Shown piece by piece: positions 28,165-39,322 of a DNA stretch of 64,000 nucleotides (positions are counted from its first letter, which is position 1; each line of letters begins with the position of its first letter). The stretch is from contig CAVUDP010000002.1 of the NCBI GenBank assembly GCA_963740315.1, positions 2,912,001 to 2,976,000 of the forward strand. Direction: 5' to 3'. The notes beneath the pieces were generated by a model, which worked only from the letters and a program-made list of their open reading frames with translations, ran no database searches and was not told the origin of the DNA. Source of the stretch: an uncultured cyanobacterium. GTDB lineage: Bacteria; Cyanobacteriota; Cyanobacteriia; Cyanobacteriales; Nostocaceae. A program made the translations under genes and the position numbers.

Positions 28165-30084
28165 CTAACTATGCCAAGCCTTGTAAAAATCTTGATAACT
28201 CATCTTTCCCGCACAATCCCACATAAATTGATAAACTTCATCGTAACGATATGAACTATTTTTATAAAACTTTTTGTTCAGATATGCTTTTAAAGCTGTA
28301 ATAATTTTTGGAAAGCAAGCATATTTATTGATTGAATTAACATTTTGCATTATGTACCAAAATAAATCTTGATCAAATTCATCATCTTGATCGGGCTTAA
28401 AGTCATCGAATAAATAGTTTTTATCCTTTTCGATTGCATTTAATAAGCTTTTAAATTCTAGACTAATTGATTCATTAATTAAAAATCTTGCTGTTTTATC
28501 TTCTTTCGCTATTTTATCCAAGTATATTTCAGGCAATAAACGCTCGTATTGAAATAGAGTACTTAATTTTTTTAAGGAATCTAATTCAATCAGAGTATTT
28601 ATTGCCTTTTGATAATGGCTTTCAAATTGTAATAAAATAGCCGCAACGTTTTCACATTGATTACGCTGCATAAATTCTACAAGAATCGAAATCGCTAGTT
28701 CATTATCTGGCTCTAATCGCAAAATAGCTTCAGCCAAATCAACATCAAATATTTTGCCTTTTTGTGACTGTAAAATTTTTACGAAAGCAGCTATACTTTC
28801 TTGGTAGATTACTAAATCTATATTTGGATCGAGAAGCATCTTGCTAATAGCATAAATTGCTAAGGGTGAAGCTTTAAAACCAGCTATTTCTAATGAAGAA
28901 CCATCGTTTATATTTGAGCTTTTTTCGATAAAGGAAATTAAGCTGACAATGACTTCCTTATCGCCTGGATATAGTTGTACTAAAGATATGATTATTCGAG
29001 CATAAAAGTATAGCTCATTGTCACTAAGAATTCCCAAATATTCTAATCCAAATATAAAATTATTTTCATAACTCTCTAAAATCTCTATTAAAGTCTTCTT
29101 AACTCCAGCTTGATTTTTGTCAAATTTTCCCAAACTAGCAGCAATTTCAGCACGAACACAATTATCCTCACAAGTTTTCAATCTTTCCGATAAAACTTCA
29201 ATCGCTGCTTGATTTCGAGAGTCTATTTCTTGTAGGAATTCAACAGCTTTAATCAAAAGATACATTTCCTGAGTACTTTCAAGAATATTTTCCAAAGCAT
29301 TCTTCGCTACTTCATTACCCGCATCTATCAACAGCAAAGCTTTTGCAGCATCAAGACAAATTCTGTCACCTCGATTTACCTGCAAAAATTTCTCTAGCGC
29401 TAGGATTGCGATTTGATTTCCACAGCCAATTTTCCCCAAAGTCTTAATTGTTTGACAACAAAGGTTTTTATCCTCCGTCGTTTCCATCAATTTAATAACG
29501 GTGGTTATCGCTGTTTGATTCCCAGCACCAATTTTTGCAATACTCTGACAAATACTTGAGCGTTTATAATTATCCGTTGTCACATCCAGCAGTAAAATCA
29601 AAGCAGCGATCGCCATCTCATTCCCTGCATCCAATTCCCCCAACTTCACCGCAGCAGATTCCAAGGTTAGCCGACTCGGAGTATTACGCAGCAACAATTC
29701 AAAAGCCTTGATAACTCTTGTTTTATCCGTGACTTCCAAAGTATTTCTTGCAGCTTCTACCAACGGTTGAGGAAAAAGTTGCCAGCCAAAATATAGATAG
29801 CTCCAATCAAGTAACTGTTTAACAATTTGATCGCCACTACTACATTCAGGAAAATAATTTAAAGCTTCTGCGGCTAAGAAATAAGCACGATATCGATAAA
29901 AACCACCGCAATCGTCATCAAAATTAACAAGCACCCGAATAAAGTCTTCTTTCTGCTGTTTAGGAATATCATCTCGACTAAACCAATACAGAATTTCAGC
30001 TTTATAATCGGGCGCAAAAATGCGGTAATTAAATTGTTCGGGATTATTTAGTTCGTGGCTAAAGAAATATTTCCAATCATTCAT
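28165..30084 (-). CDS. HEAT-repeat protein
   Basis: Repeated LGKI..GN..AI.AL units; C-terminal W.CA..M.Y..FY.AW. Confidence 0.85.
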   Translation of the reverse strand: MNDWKYFFSHELNNPEQFNYRIFAPDYKAEILYWFSRDDIPKQQKEDFIRVLVNFDDDCGGFYRYRAYFLAAEALNYFPECSSGDQIVKQLLDWSYLYFGWQLFPQPLVEAARNTLEVTDKTRVIKAFELLLRNTPSRLTLESAAVKLGELDAGNEMAIAALILLLDVTTDNYKRSSICQSIAKIGAGNQTAITTVIKLMETTEDKNLCCQTIKTLGKIGCGNQIAILALEKFLQVNRGDRICLDAAKALLLIDAGNEVAKNALENILESTQEMYLLIKAVEFLQEIDSRNQAAIEVLSERLKTCEDNCVRAEIAASLGKFDKNQAGVKKTLIEILESYENNFIFGLEYLGILSDNELYFYARIIISLVQLYPGDKEVIVSLISFIEKSSNINDGSSLEIAGFKASPLAIYAISKMLLDPNIDLVIYQESIAAFVKILQSQKGKIFDVDLAEAILRLEPDNELAISILVEFMQRNQCENVAAILLQFESHYQKAINTLIELDSLKKLSTLFQYERLLPEIYLDKIAKEDKTARFLINESISLEFKSLLNAIEKDKNYLFDDFKPDQDDEFDQDLFWYIMQNVNSINKYACFPKIITALKAYLNKKFYKNSSYRYDEVYQFMWDCAGKMSYQDFYKAWHS

Positions 30085-30202
30085 TTCCCCCTACCCATCT
30101 TCATGTGGGACGTAAAGGACATATTTGTAAGATATCACAGTTGGAAGAGAGAGGGGGGAGATGGGGAGATGGGGGGATGGGGAGATGGGGGGATGGGGAG
30201 AT

Positions 30203-30307
30203 GGTAAGCCCAAAACGTGCGGAGGAGACCGTTGAGAGAAGTGGCGCAACCCGTTACTCTAACGAGTCGTGCCGCGCTGAACACGCGGAGCGTGCGGCGA
30301 GCGGGGG
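30203..30307 (+). repeat. Second copy of the GC-rich dispersed element
   Basis: Matches 6007-6115 apart from two small indels. Confidence 0.9.
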
Positions 30308-30341
30308 AAACAAGGAGAAATAATTAATTTCTGACTGGTTA

Positions 30342-30500
30342 CTAGTAGTAGTCAACCACATAAGTTATGAGGGGTAACACATTCGTAGTGCGTTCGCGTA
30401 GCGTGTCCTCTTAGGACAGCATCTTGCTTGCTCGTATCAACTAGCGAGCAAAATGCTCGCACTACGTAAACCCCTTAAAATTAATGTGGCGGAGTACTAG
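30342..30500. mobile_element. MITE-like element with nested small repeats
   Basis: Imperfect TIR TAGTAGTCAACCACATAAGTTATGAGGGGT / ACCCCTTAAAATTAATGTGGCGGAGTACTA inside a CTGGTTA array. Confidence 0.6.
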
Positions 30501-30555
30501 TTACTGGTTACTGGTTACTGGTTACTGGTTACTGGTTACTGCTAACTGCTAACTG

Positions 30556-31344
30556 TCAAATCCCGGAGCCATCTAAAAATTCGTCGATCGCTTTATCTTG
30601 CAAACGACATTGGGTATGATGTTCTCTCAAATGTGCTTCACTTAAAACGCGATCGACAACATGATTTTCTCTAAAAGCTACATTTGCAACAGTCTCTGAA
30701 ACGCTTTGCTGCTTTTCTTGTAGATGCTCAATTTGTTCTTCTAACTGCTCGATTCTATCTACTAATGCGCGTATTGCTTGAGCTTCTGCATCTGGCAAAC
30801 GTCCGTGTTCTAAGGGGTCAACTTTTACACCCGAACGATAGACAATTCTACCAGGAACGCCTACTACGGTGCAATCTGAAGGCACATCTCGCAATACAAC
30901 CGAACCCGCGCCGATACGCACGTTGTCACCGATTTGAAGATTTCCCAGCACTTTCGCACCCGCACCAACAACTACGCATTCTCCTAAAGTTGGGTGACGT
31001 TTACCAGTTTCTTTTCCTGTACCACCCAAAGTAACACCTTGGTAAATCAGCGCATTATCTCCAATAATTGCCGTTTCACCAATAACTACGCCCATACCAT
31101 GATCGATAAATACACCCTTACCAATGGTGGCTCCTGGGTGAATTTCAATTCCAGTAAAAAAGCGTGCCAAATGGGAAGTTAGCCGAGGAAGAAAAGGTAT
31201 GCCGACGTTATACATCCAGCGAGCTATTCTATGCATTAGCAACGCTTGCAAACCGGGGTAGCAGAATAATACTTCTAACCAGTTACGAGCCGCCGGATCG
31301 CGTTCAAATATAATACGAAAGTCAGAAATAAATGTTGATAACAC
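30556..31344 (-). CDS. cysE: Serine O-acetyltransferase
   Basis: [32 protein letters not shown]. Confidence 0.97.
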   Translation of the reverse strand: MLSTFISDFRIIFERDPAARNWLEVLFCYPGLQALLMHRIARWMYNVGIPFLPRLTSHLARFFTGIEIHPGATIGKGVFIDHGMGVVIGETAIIGDNALIYQGVTLGGTGKETGKRHPTLGECVVVGAGAKVLGNLQIGDNVRIGAGSVVLRDVPSDCTVVGVPGRIVYRSGVKVDPLEHGRLPDAEAQAIRALVDRIEQLEEQIEHLQEKQQSVSETVANVAFRENHVVDRVLSEAHLREHHTQCRLQDKAIDEFLDGSGI

Positions 31345-31645
31345 GAGTTCGCACCCTCGGAAAGCATTTACAATAGCAAAATTTCATTTTACCGTTCTAT
31401 GGGGACTTTTGGGATAAGGGAGATGGGGAGATGGGGAGATGGGGAGTACTTCGACAAGTCTTACAGTGAGCTACGTCGAACTGCTCAGTAACCTTTGGGG
31501 AGATGGGGAGATGGGGAGATGGGGGGACAAGGGGAAAAATAAATTCTTTATTCATTCCTAACTCCGCTGGTCCTAACTCAATATTCCTAATTCCTAATTC
31601 CTAATTCCCAAGAAGATTATACTTCATTTGTCCGGAAATTTGGAA

Positions 31646-32134
31646 CTATTCATTCAAAGAAAGTTTGTAATTGCGTCTTACGCCTGCTTTAAAACTGCCT
31701 ACCCAGACTTTATAGGTACCTGCTTTCCAGTCGTTGTCATTGATGCTAGCGTCTTTACTTTTACCAGTATCATCACCACAGCGGACTGTTTTATTATCTG
31801 GTCCAACTATTAATAAAGTAGTATCATAGCCATCACTATCAACTTTTATATTTAATTTTGGAAAGTCTTTTTCTAAAACTAAAATATGGTCTGGTTTGGT
31901 ATCTGCAAAACCAATGCACAAATTTCTTTGCCGATCGCGTTTACTGACGGAGGATAAAGAATAAGAACCACCCGTGTAACCTGTTACTGTTTTTTTTACA
32001 GATTCGGAACTTGGCGATAAACTAATTTTTCCAAAAAAAGATGTATTTGCTGTTACTGGATTAGGAGTAATAGCAGTAAACGTGCTTAAAATTAAGCCTA
32101 AACTTAATAGGAATTGGGAGCGATACAATTTCAT
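31646..32134 (-). CDS. Secreted hypothetical protein (PPC-like beta domain)
   Basis: Signal peptide; C.GF....PDHIL, DTTLLI.GP...C.DD, G.Y.VWVGS. Confidence 0.7.
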   Translation of the reverse strand: MKLYRSQFLLSLGLILSTFTAITPNPVTANTSFFGKISLSPSSESVKKTVTGYTGGSYSLSSVSKRDRQRNLCIGFADTKPDHILVLEKDFPKLNIKVDSDGYDTTLLIVGPDNKTVRCGDDTGKSKDASINDNDWKAGTYKVWVGSFKAGVRRNYKLSLNE

Positions 32135-32539
32135 ACATACACTTCCCGAAATATTTTAATGAGTTATTTTATATACACGCTAACTAAAACAAATTTCGTA
32201 AATCAAAAGTTTGTGACAGCTTGGTATCTGTACACTATTAGACCAAATTGTAAATAATAATTCAAAGGTCTAAAGTATGAATTTGTTTTTTAGAACTTCT
32301 AACTTTTGATATAAAGCTGAAATTTGCAGCTTAGGATTAGTTTAATGTTAATAATAATACAAAAGCTTAAAGCTAGATTAAAATTATCTTAAAAATTATA
32401 AATTTTGTAGATAGTTGGGCATTGGGCATTGGATATAGGGAGAAATAAACTCTTAACTCTTAACTCCTAACTCTTAACTCCTAACTCCCAACTCCCAACT
32501 CCTAACTCCTAACTCCTAACTCCTCACTTTATTTAATTT

Positions 32540-34204
32540 CTACTCATTTAATAGAAATATTACACCTGCTTTAAGTAGATCGCTATTGCTGTCATAACTG
32601 CTAATGGTAAACGATCGCAGTTTGTCGAAAAAAGGTTTGCCAATAATTTCTACAAGCTTGATTATAGGTAATTGTCTTTCTATAAAATCTTGGCTTTTTT
32701 CCCAATCTATATATACATAACCTTGATTGGGTTGGGGAATGGCTGCAATACTATTGTTAAAATTACGATTATCGTTGAAGAAGTTTTCTTTATTGTTAAT
32801 AGCCTCATCCATTGTTTCGATAGAATTCGTAAAAATTTCGTAATTATCTTTACTTGTGTGCGCTCCTAATACTTTTGCTTGAATGCTAAAATCGGATGCT
32901 TTGCTACCTGTAGTTGTTAATTGTGTCCAAGTAGAAATTTTTTGTTCGTTTAAAGTAATTGGACTAACTGTAAGTCCGTTTCGAGAGGCAATTTCGTCCA
33001 AATGCGAAATATTTGATGGTGTTGCTGAAGATTTCTCGGCGACAAAAACCCATTCAGAAGTTTTATCTTCGGTGTTGGGTAGCAATGCGATCGCGTATTC
33101 TCCTTTTACCCAATTGAAAATATCTTGTTTGAAGTTTATATCCCAACGTTTTTGCAGATTCGCTAAAGGTTTTGTAATTTGAGAAGCTATGTCTTCTCCC
33201 GATTCACCAGATATTGCTGTTGTTGTTTGTTGCCAGAGTAAAGCTAAATTGCTGTTATCTAAATTGCTCAAATCTTTTCCCGAAATTACCAAACCGGAAT
33301 CGGCGGGAATATAGGAAAGTGCTTTTACTTTTTCAGATAATTGTTCTGTTACTGGTATCGGGTAACTTGAAAATAAATTAGTTTCTGCGAGCAAACCTGG
33401 GGATTTAGGACTTAAAGAAATCACTTGAGTATCATAACGTAGCGGTGACGATAAATTTAAACCTTGCCATTTTGCAACAGCAGGAAGATTGAGAAACGTT
33501 ACAGCTTGAGTTTTGCTATCTAATTGCTCGATCGCTTGCTGATACTTGTCCAAGCTAGTCAAATTTAAGCCCGGTGCTTGAACGTTGTTTACTGCTTCTC
33601 GTAAGATTTTGGCATCGTTGGCAAACAAGACAAAATCGCCTACAACCGTTGCAGCCAAAGGTTTTTTAATTTCTTCCGTTTGCGGAATATCGGAAATTAG
33701 TTTCACACCATTATATTGTTCCACAACCAAGGAAGTTCCAGCCAAAACCCGCTTAGAAAACAGAAGCTCAATAAACTCGCGGCTGGCGATCGCATCTGTT
33801 GTACCAAGTACCATCAGATAACCGGGTTGCTTGCCGTTTACAGCATCGCGATCGATATCGTCAGTGGCTACGGCTAAAGTAATTTGATTACCCAACCAAG
33901 GTTGAACATCTTTTTTGTAATCAAGTCCGGTATTTTCCAATAAACTTGTTTTCAGCTTGGATAGCTTCACTCCACCATCCAAAGCCTCGAAGCGATTTGG
34001 ATCTACAAGCATTGATACCATAACTGGTGCTTGTTTGGAAACGAATACAGCAGCATCAGTTTGTTTACCAGTGTCGCTGACTAAATTCAGAGGATTTCGA
34101 TTATAGTACCCATCCCCACAACCAGCGATACCAGTTAGCAGCAGCACCATAATACTTGCTGCTACGAAACGAAATAATAATTTTTTACCGATAAATTTTT
34201 TCAC
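32540..34204 (-). CDS. DUF3352 family lipoprotein-like protein
   Basis: IAGC lipobox-like; DY..DVQPWLG..ITLA and DIFNWV.GEYA. Confidence 0.75.
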   Translation of the reverse strand: MKKFIGKKLLFRFVAASIMVLLLTGIAGCGDGYYNRNPLNLVSDTGKQTDAAVFVSKQAPVMVSMLVDPNRFEALDGGVKLSKLKTSLLENTGLDYKKDVQPWLGNQITLAVATDDIDRDAVNGKQPGYLMVLGTTDAIASREFIELLFSKRVLAGTSLVVEQYNGVKLISDIPQTEEIKKPLAATVVGDFVLFANDAKILREAVNNVQAPGLNLTSLDKYQQAIEQLDSKTQAVTFLNLPAVAKWQGLNLSSPLRYDTQVISLSPKSPGLLAETNLFSSYPIPVTEQLSEKVKALSYIPADSGLVISGKDLSNLDNSNLALLWQQTTTAISGESGEDIASQITKPLANLQKRWDINFKQDIFNWVKGEYAIALLPNTEDKTSEWVFVAEKSSATPSNISHLDEIASRNGLTVSPITLNEQKISTWTQLTTTGSKASDFSIQAKVLGAHTSKDNYEIFTNSIETMDEAINNKENFFNDNRNFNNSIAAIPQPNQGYVYIDWEKSQDFIERQLPIIKLVEIIGKPFFDKLRSFTISSYDSNSDLLKAGVIFLLNE

Positions 34205-34520
34205 ATAAACCCCGTTGCGGCGTTTTTGACTTCAATAAACATTAAACCGTGTTGCGGAAAAAATAGAAGCGGTTTCGATCTAAATAAGCAAAATTAGCGA
34301 ATCGATTAAGATGCATGGGCAACATTCCTTGATTAAAAAATCCGCTAAATTGTAAGAAGGGTGATTTATACCGTATTTATGTCAAAGTGTCAAGTTGTAG
34401 TAAATTTATCTTGATTATTCCCAAAGCCTTTAAGTAGTGCTGATGCTAAGTAGGGAATTTTCTGTCAACATAATAAATATATAGATTTTTTTTAGAAATG
34501 CCTGATGACGGGGAACAATC

Positions 34521-34856
34521 TTGATGAATCAAATCACTGTAGAAGAACTTGGAAAACGTCTGTCTGAAGACAAATCTTCTATTCAACTTGTAGACGTGCG
34601 GGAACCACAGGAAGTTAAAACTGCAAGCATTGAGGGTTTTGTAAATCTACCTTTGAGTGAATTTGCTGAGTGGGCAAACGATATTCAAACTCGTTTAGAC
34701 GCTGATACGGAAACTTTAGTTCTGTGCCATCACGGTGTTCGTTCCGCTCAAATGTGTCAATGGCTAACATCTCAAGGTTTTACGAACGTAAAAAACATTA
34801 CAGGAGGCATTGATGCATATTCAATGTTAGTTGACCATTCAGTTCCTCAGTATTAA
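34521..34856 (+). CDS. Rhodanese-like sulfurtransferase
   Basis: DVREP.E, CHHGVRS, GGIDA. Confidence 0.93.
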   Translation: MMNQITVEELGKRLSEDKSSIQLVDVREPQEVKTASIEGFVNLPLSEFAEWANDIQTRLDADTETLVLCHHGVRSAQMCQWLTSQGFTNVKNITGGIDAYSMLVDHSVPQY

Positions 34857-35190
34857 AGCTTAAAGGTTAAAGGTTAAAGGTTAATACCTAATATGGGAAT
34901 ATTATTTAGTAACTAACAAATGATTCGTAGCTATACATACCCCATTCCAAAAATAAAACTGAGAAAATACTGAAAGGTTGAGTTTTGTAATGTATTTAAA
35001 TAACAGATGCGTCGGTAATAAATAGTACTCTTACTCAGGACAAAGCTACCTGTAAGTGTAAAGGTATTGCAATACACAACAACGGAAAACTTCCAGTTTG
35101 CTTAATCATTATTAAATATCGAATAGTAGCATTTTTAAAATTTAGTTTTTTTTAAACCCGATCGAAACTGTGTTTCAAAAGCCATTTCCT

Positions 35191-36270
35191 ATGCAAGTTC
35201 AGTTAACGAATCGACAACAACATATACTTTGGGCAACGGTACGTCACTATATAGCCACAGCAGAGCCTGTGGGTTCTAAAGCCTTGGGGAAAGAGTTCGA
35301 TTTAGGTGTAAGTTCAGCAACGATTCGCAACGTTATGGGAGTCTTGGAAAAATCTGGACTACTTTATCAACCCCATACCTCAGCAGGAAGAATACCATCA
35401 GATTCCGGCTATCGAATTTATGTAGATCGGTTAATCACCCACAATGAAAGTTTGGAAAGAGAGGTAGAAGCAGCATTACAAGGAAGCTTAAAGTGGGAAG
35501 ATTGGAGTTTGGAAGCACTATTGCAAGGAGCTACACAAATCTTAGCAACCTTGAGTGGTTGTGTGAGTTTAATTACAATGCCGCAACAGAATTCATCAGT
35601 ATTGCGACATTTGCAATTAGTGCAAATTGAGACAGGACAGATTATGTTGATTGTGGTAACTGATGGTTATGAAACTCATTCAACATTGATGGACTTACCC
35701 TCTCCCTCGGAAGGAAACAAACCTGAGACAGAAGTAGTAGACAGGGAATTGCAGATTGTTTCTAACTTTTTGAACAGTCAATTGCGCGGTAAAAGTTTAA
35801 TGGAATTAGCCGCACTTGACTGGAGTCAATTAGATCGAGAATTTCAGCGCTATGGTGAATATTTGAAAACATCTCTTGCAGAATTGAATCGTCGCACCTT
35901 TTCCCCAACAACTACACAAATTATGGTGCGTGGCGTGTCAGAAGTTTTGCGCCAGCCAGAATTTTCGCAAATACAGCAAGTACAAACCATAATTCACTTA
36001 CTTGAAGAAGAACAAGAACAATTATGGCGGTTGATATTTGACGAAACAGAATTAGAACAACTAGAGAAGCCACAAGTCACAGTCCGCATTGGTTCGGAAA
36101 ACACCCTAGAACCCATCCGTAGTTGCACCTTAATTTCATCCATGTATCATCGAGGTTCGATACCAGTAGGAAGCGTAGGAGTTTTAGGACCCACAAGGCT
36201 TAATTACGAAAATGCGATCGCGCTTGTTTCCGCCGCCGCCGAATATCTCTCCGACGCAATGAGTAGTTAA
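35191..36270 (+). CDS. hrcA: Heat-inducible transcription repressor HrcA
   Basis: [32 protein letters not shown]. Confidence 0.97.
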   Translation: MQVQLTNRQQHILWATVRHYIATAEPVGSKALGKEFDLGVSSATIRNVMGVLEKSGLLYQPHTSAGRIPSDSGYRIYVDRLITHNESLEREVEAALQGSLKWEDWSLEALLQGATQILATLSGCVSLITMPQQNSSVLRHLQLVQIETGQIMLIVVTDGYETHSTLMDLPSPSEGNKPETEVVDRELQIVSNFLNSQLRGKSLMELAALDWSQLDREFQRYGEYLKTSLAELNRRTFSPTTTQIMVRGVSEVLRQPEFSQIQQVQTIIHLLEEEQEQLWRLIFDETELEQLEKPQVTVRIGSENTLEPIRSCTLISSMYHRGSIPVGSVGVLGPTRLNYENAIALVSAAAEYLSDAMSS

Positions 36271-36450
36271 AGGTTAAAGGTTAAAGGTTAAAGGTTATAA
36301 AATTAAACAACTCCTAACTTTTTCCCCTTGTCCCCTTGTCTCCCCATCTCCCCATCTCCCCCCTCTCCCCCATCTCCCCCCTCTTCCCCCTCTCCCCCAT
36401 CCTCCCATCAGTTAGCTATTATCAACTTGGTAATATAAATACGGTTGATA

Positions 36451-37125
36451 ATGAGAAAAATTATATTTTGGTCTATTTGGGTTGGATTTTCTGTATATGC
36501 TTTTGTTTTTGCTCCTCCAAATCAACCCGATACTTTTGAGTTAATTAAAAATCTTTCAACTGGACAATGGGAAGGAATTAATCCTTTGATTATTTCGCTA
36601 TTCAACTTGATGGGGGTATTTCCTTTAATCTACAGTTGTATGGTGTTTATTGATGGTAAAGGGCAAAAAATACCGGCTTGGTTGTTTGCAAGTTTTTCTT
36701 TCGGTGTAGGTGCTTTTGCTTTATTACCTTATTTAGCTTTGCGGGAACCAAATCCCAATTTTGTCGGTAAAAAGAATGCTTTTCTTAAATTACTAGACTC
36801 TCGTATAACTGGTATTGCATTAAGTATCGGAGCAATAATTTTAGTATCTTACGGCTTGCAAGGAGAATGGAGCGATTTTGTCAAACAATGGCAAAGCGAT
36901 CGCTTTATCCATGTTATGAGTTTAGATTTTTGTTTGCTTTGTCTGCTTTTTCCCGCACTTTTAGGTGATGATATGGCAAAGCGAGGAATGAAAAATCCTA
37001 TTTTATATTGGTTGGTAACGCTGATACCTTTATTTGGTCCTTTAGCTTATTTATCAGTGCGGAAACCTTTACCAGATAATACTCAAGAAGAAATAATTAC
37101 TAACCAAACAGCAGCGGTAAATTAA
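36451..37125 (+). CDS. Conserved membrane protein (DUF2834-like)
   Basis: Six TM segments; GAFALLPYLALR, HVMSLDF. Confidence 0.7.
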   Translation: MRKIIFWSIWVGFSVYAFVFAPPNQPDTFELIKNLSTGQWEGINPLIISLFNLMGVFPLIYSCMVFIDGKGQKIPAWLFASFSFGVGAFALLPYLALREPNPNFVGKKNAFLKLLDSRITGIALSIGAIILVSYGLQGEWSDFVKQWQSDRFIHVMSLDFCLLCLLFPALLGDDMAKRGMKNPILYWLVTLIPLFGPLAYLSVRKPLPDNTQEEIITNQTAAVN

Positions 37126-37161
37126 ATTGTTATCGCAATAAATAATTGTTTTTCTACAATA

Positions 37162-37237
37162 ATGTTGGGTTACGACACGATTAATAAATATTTTTTGTAC
37201 CTACTTAAATTTAGTTTTCGTGTCTAACCCAACCTAC
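37162..37237. repeat. REP-like inverted-repeat element
   Basis: ATGTTGGGTTACGACACGA...TCGTGTCTAACCCAACCTAC; inverted copy at 63835-63909. Confidence 0.8.
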
Positions 37238-37263
37238 TAGCTAGCTAAAATTAGTTTACTCAA

Positions 37264-37641
37264 TTAACCTACAGAAACTTGATTTGTATCGACATTAGTC
37301 GCACCATTCACTCCTTGCGCCACAGAAACCATTTTGTTTAAAATATCTTGGCTGGGAACGCTACCTTTTAAAACTACTGTGGAGCTAGTTTGAGCAACCC
37401 AAAGCCCTTCAATATCATCTAATTGGTCATCTTGATCGAAAGCCAATGCAACTCGTTTTGCTAAACCGCTTTGGTCGTATTCACCATTCAATCCCACACG
37501 TTCGGGGGCAATTGATTGAGCAGTATTAGAAGCTTGTTGTGTTGGTTGTGCTTGCTGCGTAGATTGCTGTGCTTGGGGTGTAGGATTTACCTTTGCATCT
37601 TTAGGTTTGTCCATTCCGAAAAGTCTTTTTAACCAGCCCAT
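37264..37641 (-). CDS. BON domain protein
   Basis: YDQSGLAKRV, VVLKG.V, A..V.G...V. Confidence 0.8.
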   Translation of the reverse strand: MGWLKRLFGMDKPKDAKVNPTPQAQQSTQQAQPTQQASNTAQSIAPERVGLNGEYDQSGLAKRVALAFDQDDQLDDIEGLWVAQTSSTVVLKGSVPSQDILNKMVSVAQGVNGATNVDTNQVSVG

Positions 37642-37843
37642 ATTATTTCTCCTTAATTTTCAAATTTACTTCATTACCTGTGAATATATCGGCTAGATAA
37701 ATAAGTTACATCTGTCATGAAAAGGAGATATAGTGCTTAGTATTAAGACTTTAGATGTAAGTAGACAAATTTTCCTATTTCTTAAGATTAGTAAAACTAA
37801 CATTTTTTAATTTCTTACTATTATTTTTACTATTAAAATAATC

Positions 37844-38040
37844 CAGGACTTACGGTCTTCTGAGCGTGACGCGGTAGCGTCATTATTGTCACAAATGGTT
37901 GATGGTGCGTGACGCTACAAGTCTTATAACTACGTTCAAATTAATGAGGCGGCGTCACACAACGGCAATAACGCGGGAAGAAAATCTACACCGCTTTTTG
38001 CCTCCCCTACAAGAAAATTATGCCAGTTACCTAAGTCCTA
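37844..38040. mobile_element. Degenerate MITE with AGGACTTAC / CTAAGTCCT termini
   Basis: Terminal inverted repeat, no coding capacity, internal GTGACGC...GCGTCA(C) palindromes. Confidence 0.55.
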
Positions 38041-38125
38041 AATCTATAAAATTTCCCCCCATCCCCCCATCTCCCCATCTCCCCTTGTCCCCTTGTCCCC
38101 CTCTCCCCATCCCCCCATCCTCCCA

Positions 38126-39016
38126 TCACTCCAGCGCTACAGCATCGTGAAAGCGATTATAGTCAACACTACGTCTACCATCCCGCGTTTTAGATAAAAT
38201 ATCCGCAAACCGATGATTCCAGAGAATTTCTGTAGGAATATATGAGTGATGAGCGTGGATATTTTCAGAAACGGTTTGGTCGATTCCAGTTAAAGTTATT
38301 AAAATTTCCATCTCTTTTTCCAGCATTTCCTCTAAAGTTACGCCGTAAAGAGGGCTGCTTTCATTAACGGGATGCATAACCGTCCAAGTTAAAGCGAAAA
38401 GTGATGAGCGATCGCGAAATAATGGTAACTTATAAAACCTACGCATCGCTTGTCCTTCTTGAGTAATTTCGTTAATTACTAAATTGACATTAACGATCGC
38501 TTCCAAAATCCAGCTTTGACGTTCGTTAGCAACTCGAAACATCAAAGTTGGTACGCCATTATGAGCAGTAACCACTGCTATACGACTAAACATAACTCGC
38601 GCTTTAGGAAGAGAAAAGCGAGCAAATACTAATCCACTTCCCATTGATACTCCTAAAAGTCCCAACAAAGCTTCGATCGCAACTAAAATATTGGCAAAAA
38701 GCGTTTTCGGATACATCGCACCATAGCCGATGGTAGCCATAGTTTGAACGCTAAAAAAAAATGCATCAGAGAAACTTCCGGAGCGCATTTTTTCTACACC
38801 ATCACCTGCTGCGAGATAGAGAAAAGCAAACAAAACATTAGTAATTATATAACCCGCACCTACCACCGCAAATAACTTTATCCAAGAAAGAGTTAGTAAT
38901 GCATGATATAAATCGCCCCAATCAAACTTAGATACCCCTTTACGAGCTACATTGAACCTTCCATCAGGGTTAACTAAACGGCGCACTGAATTTTTTTTTC
39001 GGTGAGTTTCATTCAT
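38126..39016 (-). CDS. Inward-rectifier potassium channel (KirBac)
   Basis: FFFSVQTMATIGYG filter, PTLMFRVAN. Confidence 0.93.
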   Translation of the reverse strand: MNETHRKKNSVRRLVNPDGRFNVARKGVSKFDWGDLYHALLTLSWIKLFAVVGAGYIITNVLFAFLYLAAGDGVEKMRSGSFSDAFFFSVQTMATIGYGAMYPKTLFANILVAIEALLGLLGVSMGSGLVFARFSLPKARVMFSRIAVVTAHNGVPTLMFRVANERQSWILEAIVNVNLVINEITQEGQAMRRFYKLPLFRDRSSLFALTWTVMHPVNESSPLYGVTLEEMLEKEMEILITLTGIDQTVSENIHAHHSYIPTEILWNHRFADILSKTRDGRRSVDYNRFHDAVALE

Positions 39017-39322
39017 TGACTGTTATATAAAACATAGATACAAATTATGCTCCCCTACATTATCTAATGCAGAGGAACATAATTTAAAGATGGAAAGCAG
39101 GGAGAGAGAGATGGGGGGATGGGGAGAGGGGGTTCGGGGGTTCGGGGGAGATGGTAAGCCACTGCGCCCTCGCGGGTTCCCCGACTTGTAGCAAGTGGCG
39201 CAACCCGTTCACCCGCAAGGGTGCGGCTCAGGGGGAGATGGGGTTCGGGGGACAAATTTATTATTAATAACTTTTAACTTCTAACTTCTAACTCCTAACT
39301 CCTAACTCCTAACTCCTAACTC

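Noticed and set aside
34860..35190. CIRCE operator upstream of hrcA
   Set aside because: No TTAGCACTC-N9-GAGTGCTAA match seen.
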